A model generated the notes under the pieces. The model did no database searches, was not told the DNA's origin, and saw only the letters and a program-made list of their open reading frames with translations. From Thermoanaerobaculia bacterium (GTDB lineage: Bacteria; Acidobacteriota; Thermoanaerobaculia; Gp7-AA8): 40,625 nucleotides of DNA. Shown here in pieces: positions 24,092 through 31,739 of this stretch (its first letter is position 1; every line of letters begins with the position of its first letter). The DNA lies in NCBI GenBank assembly GCA_041483175.1, contig JBGPFD010000002.1:1-40625 (forward strand), written 5' to 3'. The position numbers and the translations under genes are program-made.

Positions 24092-25299
24092 GGGTCAGGC
24101 CCCTTCCACGGATGGTAGCGCAGGGCGAAATCGATGCGCCGCTGGGCGGCGGGATGCGAGTAACGCCACCACTCGATGAAGCGTGGGGGATCCGGATCGG
24201 CCTTCGAGTCTTCGGCGAACTTGACGAACGAACTGGCCATCGGCTCGTTGAGGTGCGTCAGATCGAGGCTGAACTTGTCCGCCTGATGCTCGATTGCCCG
24301 CGAGAATCCTGAGGTCACGGGCGACAGCAGGAATCCCATGACCGCCGCCACCAGCATCAGCCACGGCAGCGCCGCCGGATCCGCGCGATCGGCGATCGCC
24401 CATCGCGCGCCCCATCGTGCCAATCCCCACCGGTACAGCTTCTGCGCGAAAAAAAAGATCACCAGCGCCACGGCCACGCCGAACGCGATTCCTTTCCACA
24501 GATGCCCGAGGACGTAGTGGCCCATCTCGTGACCCATCACCGCCAGAATCTCGTCGTGATCCATCTTGGCCAGCAGCGTGTCCCACAGCACGATGCGCTT
24601 TGAGGGGCCGATTCCGGTCACGTAGGCGTTCATGGTCTTCGTCTGCTTCGATTTGTCGACCTGATAGACGCGGCTTCCCTGAATCCCGGCGTGCGCCGCC
24701 TCGGCGAGCAGATCGCGCCGCAACACCGGATCCTTCAGCGGCTCGAATTTGTTGAACAGCGGATCGATGATCAACGGGGTGATCACCACACCGAGGATGA
24801 TCAGCGGGATGGAACCGATCCACAGGACGACCCACCATTGCCGAAACAGCCTTATGCCGAGGAGCGCCAGCGCGGCGACGAATGATCCGATCACCAGGTT
24901 GACGCCGATTCCCTTTCCGATATCGCCGAGCCAGGAGACGAAGCTCTGGTTCGTCAGATCGAATTGATGCGGAACGATGAAGTCCTGATAGAGCGTCAGC
25001 GGGAATTCCATCGCGGACATGACCAGCGTCAGAAGAGCAAAATAGAGCATGGCCAGCGGAAATCGCCACCGGACCGTCCGCGCCGCGGCGTCGCGCAGAC
25101 GCGCGGAGATGCGCGTCTGCAGCACGAGAAACAGCATGGCCAGGCCGTAAACGACATCGACGAAATAGAGAACGTCCTGCAGGCGGCTGTGCCGGATCAT
25201 TTCCGGCGTGGTGTGCACCACAAAGCGACGATCGGCCGTCGCCGCCGAGGCGGCGGCGCACCACAGAAGCAGCAGACTGATCCACAGCCATCTGCGCAT
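23710..25299 (-). CDS. M48-family (Ste24/HtpX-like) zinc metalloprotease; as sequenced it has a ~130-aa low-complexity C-terminal read-through
   Basis: Start MRRWLWISLLLLWCAAA. Multiple TM helices, HEMGHYVLGH (HExxH) and EHQADKF. The family-typical end is near 24095, but no in-frame stop occurs before 23710. Confidence 0.75.
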   Translation of the reverse strand: MRRWLWISLLLLWCAAASAATADRRFVVHTTPEMIRHSRLQDVLYFVDVVYGLAMLFLVLQTRISARLRDAAARTVRWRFPLAMLYFALLTLVMSAMEFPLTLYQDFIVPHQFDLTNQSFVSWLGDIGKGIGVNLVIGSFVAALALLGIRLFRQWWVVLWIGSIPLIILGVVITPLIIDPLFNKFEPLKDPVLRRDLLAEAAHAGIQGSRVYQVDKSKQTKTMNAYVTGIGPSKRIVLWDTLLAKMDHDEILAVMGHEMGHYVLGHLWKGIAFGVAVALVIFFFAQKLYRWGLARWGARWAIADRADPAALPWLMLVAAVMGFLLSPVTSGFSRAIEHQADKFSLDLTHLNEPMASSFVKFAEDSKADPDPPRFIEWWRYSHPAAQRRIDFALRYHPWKGPDPYTLRALSRRRSTSSSQRATENLASSSGSKASASDNVFLSHARTTAFSSPAFTETVRGESSMYDTSPRTSPGPTVARTASLAMMSRCPSSTAKSVESRSPARIRVLVARTVFTSPIFSMRRRSSSVK

Positions 25300-25321
25300 T
25301 GCCGCGTTATGATCGCACGCG

Positions 25322-25792
25322 ATGATCCGGCCGGCGACCGAGAACGACATCCCGCTGATCCTGCAGTTCATCCGCGATCTCGCGCGCTACGAGAAGCTGG
25401 AGCACAAAGTGGTGGCGACGGAAGAGGGACTTCGCCAGACGCTCTTCGGAAATCCGCGATTCGCGGAAGTCGTCCTTGCGGAGAGCGGCGGCAATGCTGT
25501 GGGCTTCGCCCTCTTCTTTCACAACTACTCGACGTTTCTCGGCCGCCCGGGCATCTATCTCGAGGACCTCTTCGTGAAACCGGAGATGCGCGGCCGCGGC
25601 GTGGGCAAGGAACTGCTCGCGTACCTCGCGCGCCTGGCGCAGGAGCGCGGATGCGGGCGCCTCGAGTGGGCCGTCCTCGACTGGAACGCGCCGGCGATCG
25701 ATTTCTACAAGAGCCTCGGCGCAGTGCCGATGGACGACTGGACCATCTTCCGTCTCATCGGCGACCCGCTGGAGAAGCTGGCGAAAACATAG
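25322..25792 (+). CDS. GNAT-family N-acetyltransferase (diamine/SSAT-like)
   Basis: The acetyl-CoA motif RGRGVGKELLAYLARLA sits in a typical 156-aa GNAT layout. Confidence 0.85.
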   Translation: MIRPATENDIPLILQFIRDLARYEKLEHKVVATEEGLRQTLFGNPRFAEVVLAESGGNAVGFALFFHNYSTFLGRPGIYLEDLFVKPEMRGRGVGKELLAYLARLAQERGCGRLEWAVLDWNAPAIDFYKSLGAVPMDDWTIFRLIGDPLEKLAKT

Positions 25793-25843
25793 AGCCGACT
25801 CTCAGTCGGCTCGGCGCCGGCTAAGAGCCGGCGCTACGTTAGG
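25790..25843. repeat. Two-hairpin REP-like unit (agagccgactctcagtcggctc + ggcgccggctaagagccggcgc)
   Basis: Read directly. Related copies lie at 30374-30422 and 32742-32795. Confidence 0.85.
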
Positions 25844-25920
25844 TCCCCTGACGTTCTCCCCAAAAACTGGTCCACGGTGAAGGTTAGGGGAGCCGGGTAG
25901 ACTGCCGAAAGGAGCTACCG

Positions 25921-26187
25921 ATGAAGCGGACCCGATTCACCGAAGAACAGATCATCAAAGTTCTCAAAGAAGTCGAAGCCGGCGGGGTGACACGTGAGGT
26001 GTGCCGGAAGATGGGCATCACCGAGCAGACGTTTTACCGCTGGCGCGCAAAGTATGGCGGGCTCCAGATTGCGGAAGCTAGGCGACTGCGCTCGCTCGAA
26101 GAAGAGAACCGACGGTTGAAACGCTTGGTGGCGGACCTTTCGCTGGACAACCAGGTACTGCGAGACGTGAACTCAAAAAAGTTTTGA
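25921..26187 (+). CDS. IS3-family transposase OrfA (HTH plus leucine zipper)
   Basis: The sequence is [47 protein letters not shown]...[15 protein letters not shown]. Confidence 0.9.
   Translation: MKRTRFTEEQIIKVLKEVEAGGVTREVCRKMGITEQTFYRWRAKYGGLQIAEARRLRSLEEENRRLKRLVADLSLDNQVLRDVNSKKF
26175..26181 (+). promoter_or_regulatory. Programmed -1 ribosomal frameshift heptamer A AAA AAG
   Basis: The heptamer lies in the orfA zero frame (tcA AAA AAG ttt tga). A -1 slip reads [12 protein letters not shown]..., which is the orfB frame. Confidence 0.8.
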
Positions 26188-27113
26188 AGCCTGCGGCCAG
26201 ACGGTTGCAGGCGCAGTACGGTATGGAGCGATACGGGATCAGTGAACGCCGCAGTTGCGGGCTTTTTGAGCTGGGGCGATCGACCAAGAGGTATCGGTCG
26301 CGTCGATCGACGGACGAGGCCTTGCGTGCGCGACTGCGGGAGCTCGCGAGTGAGTTGCCGCGGTACGGCTACAAGCGCCTCTGTCGCCGGTTACGCAAGC
26401 AGGGTTGGGCTGTGAACCACAAACGGATCTACCGGATCTACCGGGAAGAAGGACTGATGGTGCGAAAACGCAAGCGCAAACGGCTGATTCGACGCGCCGA
26501 ACGGCCGGCAGTGCCGCAGCGACCGAATGAGCGATGGTCAATGGACTTTACCTCAGACCAACTCGCCGATGGACGGCGCTTCCGAACCTTCAACGTGGTC
26601 GACGACTTCACTCGCGAATGCATCGCCATCGAGGTCAACCGGTCGATGACCGGTGATCGTCTCGTAGAAGTTCTCGATCTCGCTGCCCGGCAGCGGGCCT
26701 ACCCAGGGGCGATCGTCTGTGACAACGGGCCTGAGTTCGTGGGGCGTGCACTCGAGGGGTGGTCTTACGCACACGGAGTGACGCTGCGGTTCATCCAGCC
26801 AGGAAAGCCCGTCCAGAACTGCTTCGTCGAAAGCTTCAACGGGAAGTTTCGGGACGAGTGTCTAAACGAACACTGGTTCATGTCGATGTCGGACGCCAGA
26901 ACGACGATCGAAAACTGGCGGCGAGACTACAATGAAGTCCGCGAACACAGCTCGCTCGGAGGTCTTGCTCCCGCGGAGTTCGCCAAACGTGCCGTGGAAA
27001 CCGCGGAAAACGCTGCGGCGTTTCCCGCCGTTACCACAGCACCTGCCACGACAATGAAGAGACCAACGCATCACCCGGTCCCTAACTTCGCGCGTGGACC
27101 AAAGATGGGGTGA
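26184..27113 (+). CDS. IS3-family transposase OrfB (DDE/rve catalytic domain), expressed as an OrfAB fusion
   Basis: The DDE triad context is WSMDFT ... VCDNGPEF ... [10 protein letters not shown], followed by a typical HSSLGG motif. Confidence 0.9.
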   Translation: MKPAARRLQAQYGMERYGISERRSCGLFELGRSTKRYRSRRSTDEALRARLRELASELPRYGYKRLCRRLRKQGWAVNHKRIYRIYREEGLMVRKRKRKRLIRRAERPAVPQRPNERWSMDFTSDQLADGRRFRTFNVVDDFTRECIAIEVNRSMTGDRLVEVLDLAARQRAYPGAIVCDNGPEFVGRALEGWSYAHGVTLRFIQPGKPVQNCFVESFNGKFRDECLNEHWFMSMSDARTTIENWRRDYNEVREHSSLGGLAPAEFAKRAVETAENAAAFPAVTTAPATTMKRPTHHPVPNFARGPKMG

Positions 27114-27121
27114 ACGTCAAG

Positions 27122-27247
27122 GACGACGGCATCTACGCGCAGTTCGGGCGCGACCCTGATCTGATCGAAAACTTCACCACGGCGGCATTCGAGAAGGTCT
27201 ACGGGCGTTTCGGAGTGCAGAAGCTCAACAGCAGGATCGATTCGTGA
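27122..27247 (+). pseudogene. Orphan 3-prime gene fragment (41 codons) abutting the right end of the IS
   Basis: The open frame is DDGIYAQFGRDPDLIENFTTAAFEKVYGRFGVQKLNSRIDS-stop. Its TGA overlaps the GTG start of the next gene (GTGA). It has no start codon or upstream part. Confidence 0.55.
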
Positions 27248-28326
27248 AGTTCACCGACAAAGCGCGGTACCTCCGCTACCTCGTCGACCGCCGAGGCATG
27301 AAGCCGATCTACATGATCCTCGGGCTGACCTACGACTGTAATTCGTTCTGCCGCACCTGCTTCAACTGGGAGCAACTGCGGAAGAACAAGGAGCACGAGC
27401 TGTCGTTCGAGGAGATTCAGAAGACGTTCGCTTCGATCGACGACCTGCTGTTCGTGGTCATGAGCGGCGGCGAGCCGTTCCTCCGCCGCGATCTGCCGGA
27501 CGTCTGCGCCATGCTGTCGGAACAGAACCACGTCAAGCAGATCACCATCCCGACGGGAGCCATCGCCAGCGATCTGATCGTCCGGGCAACCGAGGAGACG
27601 CTGCGGCGTTGCCCGGCGACGCAGGTCGTGGTCAACCTCTCCATCGATCACATCGGCGAGAAGCACGACTGGATCCGCGGCGTTCCCGGAAATTACGAAA
27701 AGGCGAAGAAGACCTACGCCGGGCTCATCGCCCTGCGCGGCCGCTATCCGAATCTGACCGTGAACGTGCACACGTGTCTCTGCAACTACAATGTCGACGA
27801 TCTGGACTTCATCTTCGCCTCGGTGCGGCGCGATTTTCCTGAGATCTCGTTTCATTCGTTCGAGATGCTCCGCGGCGACCAGCCGGACAAGAACATTCAG
27901 CCGATTTCCACCGAGCGCTACCGCGAGGTGCTGCCGAAGCTCGAGGAGTACTGGAACTCGTTCCGGCACTACGACGGCTTCCTGAAATTCGTGAAGATCT
28001 ACACCCGCAAAATGGAGCTTGCGGTGCTCGAGCAGGAGACGCAGGTCCGTCCGTGCTACGCCGGAATGATCTCGGGCGTGCTCGACGCGCGCGGCGAAGT
28101 GCGGATGTGTGAGCTGCGCGACGCGGTCGGAAACGTTCGCGACACCGGCTACGACTTCGGCAAGCTGTGGTTCTCGCCCGAGTCCGACCGTCAACGCGCC
28201 TCGATCAAGGCGAAGGAGTGCCACTGCACGCACTCCTGCTTCCTCTCGTCATCGCTGGTGTTCAATCCGCGGACGTGGGGAGCGTATTTTGCTTCGACCG
28301 TGGTGAATTTCTTGTCCGCTTCGTGA
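27244..28326 (+). CDS. Radical SAM enzyme with a Cys-rich C-terminal auxiliary-cluster-like region
   Basis: CNSFCRTC (Cx3Cx2C) near the N-terminus, then GGEPFLR. The C-terminal Cys pattern is PCYAG...MCEL...ECHCTHSC. Confidence 0.85.
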   Translation: MKFTDKARYLRYLVDRRGMKPIYMILGLTYDCNSFCRTCFNWEQLRKNKEHELSFEEIQKTFASIDDLLFVVMSGGEPFLRRDLPDVCAMLSEQNHVKQITIPTGAIASDLIVRATEETLRRCPATQVVVNLSIDHIGEKHDWIRGVPGNYEKAKKTYAGLIALRGRYPNLTVNVHTCLCNYNVDDLDFIFASVRRDFPEISFHSFEMLRGDQPDKNIQPISTERYREVLPKLEEYWNSFRHYDGFLKFVKIYTRKMELAVLEQETQVRPCYAGMISGVLDARGEVRMCELRDAVGNVRDTGYDFGKLWFSPESDRQRASIKAKECHCTHSCFLSSSLVFNPRTWGAYFASTVVNFLSAS

Positions 28327-28328
28327 TG

Positions 28329-28381
28329 GTGTAGCGGCGGGCGTCTCGCCCGCCGGCGGCCGGGGACGGCCGCCGCTACAC
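28329..28381. repeat. GC-rich REP-like element (GTGTAGCGGCGG ... CCGCCGCTACAC closing stem around two 8-bp hairpins)
   Basis: The sequence is gtgtagcggcgggcgtctcgcccgccggcggccggggacggccgccgctacac. It sits inside the cluster, between the rSAM and GT genes. Confidence 0.85.
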
Positions 28382-28388
28382 TTATCCG

Positions 28389-29441
28389 GTGAAGTCGCGC
28401 GTAGCCATCGTCGGGCCGGTCTATCCCTATCGGGCCGGCATTGCCTACTGCACGACGCGACTGGCGCATGAGCTGGGCGCGGATATGGTTTCCTTCAAGC
28501 GGCAATATCCGAAGCGCTTCTATCCCGGCGGCTACGATGTCGATCCGACATTGCCACGCGCCGACGCCGACTTCTCGCTCGACATTCTCAATCCGCTGAC
28601 ATGGCTGCGCGCGCGGCGGCGGCTGCGGCAGTACGACGCGGTGATCTTTGTCTGGTGGATCTGGGTCTGGGCGCTGCCGTATCGGATCATGATGATCGGC
28701 GCGCGGCGCGTGATCCTGCAGTGCCACAACATCGGCGAGAAGGAGCCGGCGTGGTGGAAGCGCGCGCTGGCGAATCTCGTCTTCCGCCGCGCGGACGTGC
28801 TGGTGGTGCACGCAAGAAGCGAGGCGGAGGAGGCGCGCCGCAGAACGCGCGCCACGGTGGTCGAGACGTTTCTTCCGGTGCACGAGCTGGGGCGGGACAT
28901 GCCGTCGCGGGCCGAGGCGCGGCAGCGGCTCGGCGTCGAGGGCCACGTGGCGCTCTTCTTCGGGCACATCCGCCCGTTCAAGGGACTGGACATCGCGCTC
29001 GAGGCGTGGCGCAGGCTGCAGACGAAGGCGACCCTTCTCGTCGCGGGAGAGCCGTGGTGGGGTCGTTCCATCGCCCCACAAGCCAACGTGCGACTCGACC
29101 TTCGCTTTATCCCTGACGCGGAGATCGCCGTCTACTTTGCCGCGGCCGACGTGGTTCTCGCGCCGTATCGCACCGAAGCGCAGAGCGGGGTGGCGCTGAC
29201 CGCGTTTCATTTCGGTCGCCCGGTGATCGCCACCGCGGTCGGCGGGCTGCCGGAAATCCTCGACGATCGCAACGGCATCCTGGTCCCGCCGGAGGATGCG
29301 ACCGCGCTGGCGGCGGCGATCGACGACTTCTTCAGCCGGCGCGACCGGGCGGCGATGGAACGCGCGGCCGCGGAGAGCGCACGCCGCTACTCGTGGGCGG
29401 AATACGGCGCGATGATGAACCGCTTGCTAGGCCGGACATGA
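28389..29441 (+). CDS. Glycosyltransferase family 4 (GT-B, group 1)
   Basis: GTG start. The C-terminal motif is YRTEAQSGVALTAFHFGRPVIATAVGGLPEIL...NGILVPPED. Confidence 0.85.
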   Translation: MKSRVAIVGPVYPYRAGIAYCTTRLAHELGADMVSFKRQYPKRFYPGGYDVDPTLPRADADFSLDILNPLTWLRARRRLRQYDAVIFVWWIWVWALPYRIMMIGARRVILQCHNIGEKEPAWWKRALANLVFRRADVLVVHARSEAEEARRRTRATVVETFLPVHELGRDMPSRAEARQRLGVEGHVALFFGHIRPFKGLDIALEAWRRLQTKATLLVAGEPWWGRSIAPQANVRLDLRFIPDAEIAVYFAAADVVLAPYRTEAQSGVALTAFHFGRPVIATAVGGLPEILDDRNGILVPPEDATALAAAIDDFFSRRDRAAMERAAAESARRYSWAEYGAMMNRLLGRT

Positions 29442-30367
29442 AATTCTCCCCGCGCCGCATCAAGGTCGGCCTCGAGCTGACGTCCAAGTGCAACCTGCGC
29501 TGCGGGATGTGCCCCCTTCCGGTTCTGCGGCGCCCATACGAGGACATGGAGTGGCCGCTGGTCGAGCGCGCCGAGAGCGAGATCCATGGCGCCGGGCTGC
29601 AGCTCAAATGGCTGCATGAGATGGGAGAGCCGCTGCTCTATGCACGCCTCGACGACGCGATCCGCCTCTTTCCCGAAGCGAGCGTGAGCACGAACGGCCT
29701 GCTGCTGACGCCCGACATCGGCGCGAGGCTGCTCGCGTCGCCGCTGAAGCGGCTGCGCATCTGCGTCGACTCGATCAATCCGAGCGTCTATCCGCAGCTT
29801 CGCACGGGCGGCGACTTCGACAGGCTCGTGGAGCTGACCCGCGCGTTTCTGCGCCAGGCGAAGGGACATCCGATGCGCATCGAGATCCAGAAGATGCGCT
29901 CCCGCCTGACGCTCGACGAAACCGTGGACGATTTCCGCCGCTTTTTCGATCTGCGGCAGTTCCGCGGTGCCCGGGTGATCGAGAAAACGTGCGAGGCGCT
30001 CGACGTCAACGAGGAGACTGACCTGCATGGCAAGTTCTACGGGTGCGTGCAGGGGGCATTTTTCACCTGGGTGGTGATCTTCGCCGACGGGCGCGTCACG
30101 CACTGCTGCTACGACGCGCACGGCGAGCAGATCCTCGGCGACCTCAGGAAGCAGTCGCTGATGGAAATCCTCGACAGCCCCCGCATGGCAGAAATGCAGG
30201 CCGCGTTTGAGCGCCGCGACTTCACCAACCTGCCGCGCTGCGCCGAGTGCTTCAAGCACGGCGGCGAATCGCATGCCTTCAACGATGTCCTCACCAGCGT
30301 GCAGAACCTTCCCGGCGCGGCGAAGGATGTCGTGCGGAAGGTGATCGACGTGCGCTACCGGTCGTGA
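29438..30367 (+). CDS. Radical SAM / SPASM-domain enzyme
   Basis: The ATG overlaps the GT stop (ATGA). CNLRCGMC is Cx3Cx2C. The SPASM-like tail is GCVQGAF...GRVTHCCYDAHGEQILGDLRKQSLMEILDS...LPRCAEC. Confidence 0.85.
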   Translation: MKFSPRRIKVGLELTSKCNLRCGMCPLPVLRRPYEDMEWPLVERAESEIHGAGLQLKWLHEMGEPLLYARLDDAIRLFPEASVSTNGLLLTPDIGARLLASPLKRLRICVDSINPSVYPQLRTGGDFDRLVELTRAFLRQAKGHPMRIEIQKMRSRLTLDETVDDFRRFFDLRQFRGARVIEKTCEALDVNEETDLHGKFYGCVQGAFFTWVVIFADGRVTHCCYDAHGEQILGDLRKQSLMEILDSPRMAEMQAAFERRDFTNLPRCAECFKHGGESHAFNDVLTSVQNLPGAAKDVVRKVIDVRYRS

Positions 30368-30373
30368 GGGCGT

Positions 30374-30422
30374 GGCGCCGGCTGAGAGCCGGCGCTACGT
30401 AGAGCCGACTCTCAGTCGGCTC
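30374..30422. repeat. Two-hairpin REP-like unit (same hairpins as 25790-25843, in swapped order)
   Basis: The sequence is ggcgccggctgagagccggcgctacgtagagccgactctcagtcggctcg. Confidence 0.85.
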
Positions 30423-30464
30423 GTTTCGGATACGATCTCTGCCCCATCATAAAGGAGGCTGGAA

Positions 30465-31658
30465 ATGTTGAAGCGGATCGTGGCCCTGGCGATCATCTGT
30501 GCAGCTCTTGCTCTACCCGGGTCGGCTCGCGAAGGATTCGGCTGGTCGAAAAAGGGAGTGAACATCGACAAGACGAAGCCGCCGGCGGTCAACATCAGCG
30601 GCACGCGCATGAACGTCTTTGTGAACGCGGAAAAGACGCGCAAGACCGACAAGGCGAAGGACCTTCGCGATCTGACTGAGAAGGCGATCCTCGAGGGAAA
30701 CAAGCAGTTGGAAGCTTCGCCGCACGGCGACGTGAACGTTTCCATTGCCCTCGACCGGCTGGACACCGTAAAACACAACGAATCGAAGGTCGATTACGAC
30801 AGCCAGAAGACCAAGGACAAGAACGGGAAGACCACCTACGTCAGCGTCCCGGTGACCAAGAACTTCACGCGCGTGGCCGCGGAGATCGGCGGCACGTACG
30901 AGATCACTGATGCGAAAGGGCGCGTGATCGACGCGGGCGACATCGACCGGAAATTTAATGAGGACTACGAGTACGGTGCTCCCTCCGACGAGAAGTTGGA
31001 GAGCGCCCTTCTGCAGGGGGCGGCCAACACGATCGCCGCGCGGATCGTGCCGACGAAGCAGCGCACGAAACTCATTCTTCCGAAGGGAAGCTTCGAGCAG
31101 TTCATTCCGCTCGCCGAGAGCGGCGCGTGGGATCGATACCTTCAGGGCCTGGAATCGGTCCGGCCGATGGGCGATCGCGGCTCCGACGCGTACCGCCAGT
31201 ACGCCTTCGGCGTGGCGAAGGAAGCGCTTGCCTACAGCGAGCCGGATCCGAAGAAGGGGCTGGAGCTGCTTCGCGCGGCCGCGGAGCACTATCGCACCGC
31301 AGCGGCCGACAACAAGGAAGAAAAAATCTTCAGCGAGGCATACACCGGGCTGCTGAGCGCGGCGCGGGCGCCGATCGCCCGTGTCGAAGAGAGCATCAAG
31401 GCGTACGAGGCATGGACCAGCGGGCCGACTCCGCCGCGCGCGGCGACGGCATCAGCCGCGGCACCTGCAAAAACCCTCCGCAATCAGAACGTCATCGAGA
31501 TGTCGAGCGCTGGACTCTCGGATGAAAACATCATGCTGGCCATCGACTCCGCCGAGCGAAAGGAATTCGACACCACACCCGAAGGGCTCATCGCCTTGTC
31601 CAAAGCAGGCGTGAGCAAGAATGTGATCGCGCACATACAGAAGAGCGTGCCGAAGTAG
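30465..31658 (+). CDS. Secreted Lys-rich hypothetical protein with a duplicated C-terminal AG(L/V)S-x-x-(N/V)I helical motif
   Basis: RBS aaaggagg. Signal peptide MLKRIVALAIICAALALPGSA. The C-terminus reads SSAGLSDENIMLAI...LSKAGVSKNVIAHI. Confidence 0.7.
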   Translation: MLKRIVALAIICAALALPGSAREGFGWSKKGVNIDKTKPPAVNISGTRMNVFVNAEKTRKTDKAKDLRDLTEKAILEGNKQLEASPHGDVNVSIALDRLDTVKHNESKVDYDSQKTKDKNGKTTYVSVPVTKNFTRVAAEIGGTYEITDAKGRVIDAGDIDRKFNEDYEYGAPSDEKLESALLQGAANTIAARIVPTKQRTKLILPKGSFEQFIPLAESGAWDRYLQGLESVRPMGDRGSDAYRQYAFGVAKEALAYSEPDPKKGLELLRAAAEHYRTAAADNKEEKIFSEAYTGLLSAARAPIARVEESIKAYEAWTSGPTPPRAATASAAAPAKTLRNQNVIEMSSAGLSDENIMLAIDSAERKEFDTTPEGLIALSKAGVSKNVIAHIQKSVPK

Positions 31659-31669
31659 AGTGTGATGGC

Positions 31670-31733
31670 CTTTGGAGTGCGGTGCCTTGGCACCGCCTTG
31701 AAGGCGGCGGGACGCCGCCGCACTCCGAAGGCT
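31670..31733. repeat. REP-like palindromic element, same family as 14783-14846
   Basis: The sequence is cctttggagtgcggtgccttggcaccgccttgaaggcggcgggacgccgccgcactccgaaggc. It lies between convergent genes. Confidence 0.85.
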
Positions 31734-31739
31734 GGACGT

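Larger units (their letters stand above)
25849..27119 (+). mobile_element. IS3-family insertion sequence (about 1.27 kb)
   Basis: Terminal inverted repeats TGACGTTCTCCCCAAAAACTGGTCCACGGTGAAGGTTAGGG (left) and the reverse complement TGACGTTCACCCCATCTTTGGTCCACGCGCGAAGTTAGGG (right), with TG...CA ends. It has an orfA/orfB arrangement with a slippery site. Confidence 0.9.

Noticed and set aside
25300-25371. Longer start for the M48 protease (MNCRISGMSFSVAGRIIACDHNAA...) overlapping the GNAT gene start.
   Set aside because: The ATG at 25299 is followed immediately by a typical hydrophobic N-terminal helix. The extension has no features and would overlap the divergent GNAT coding region.
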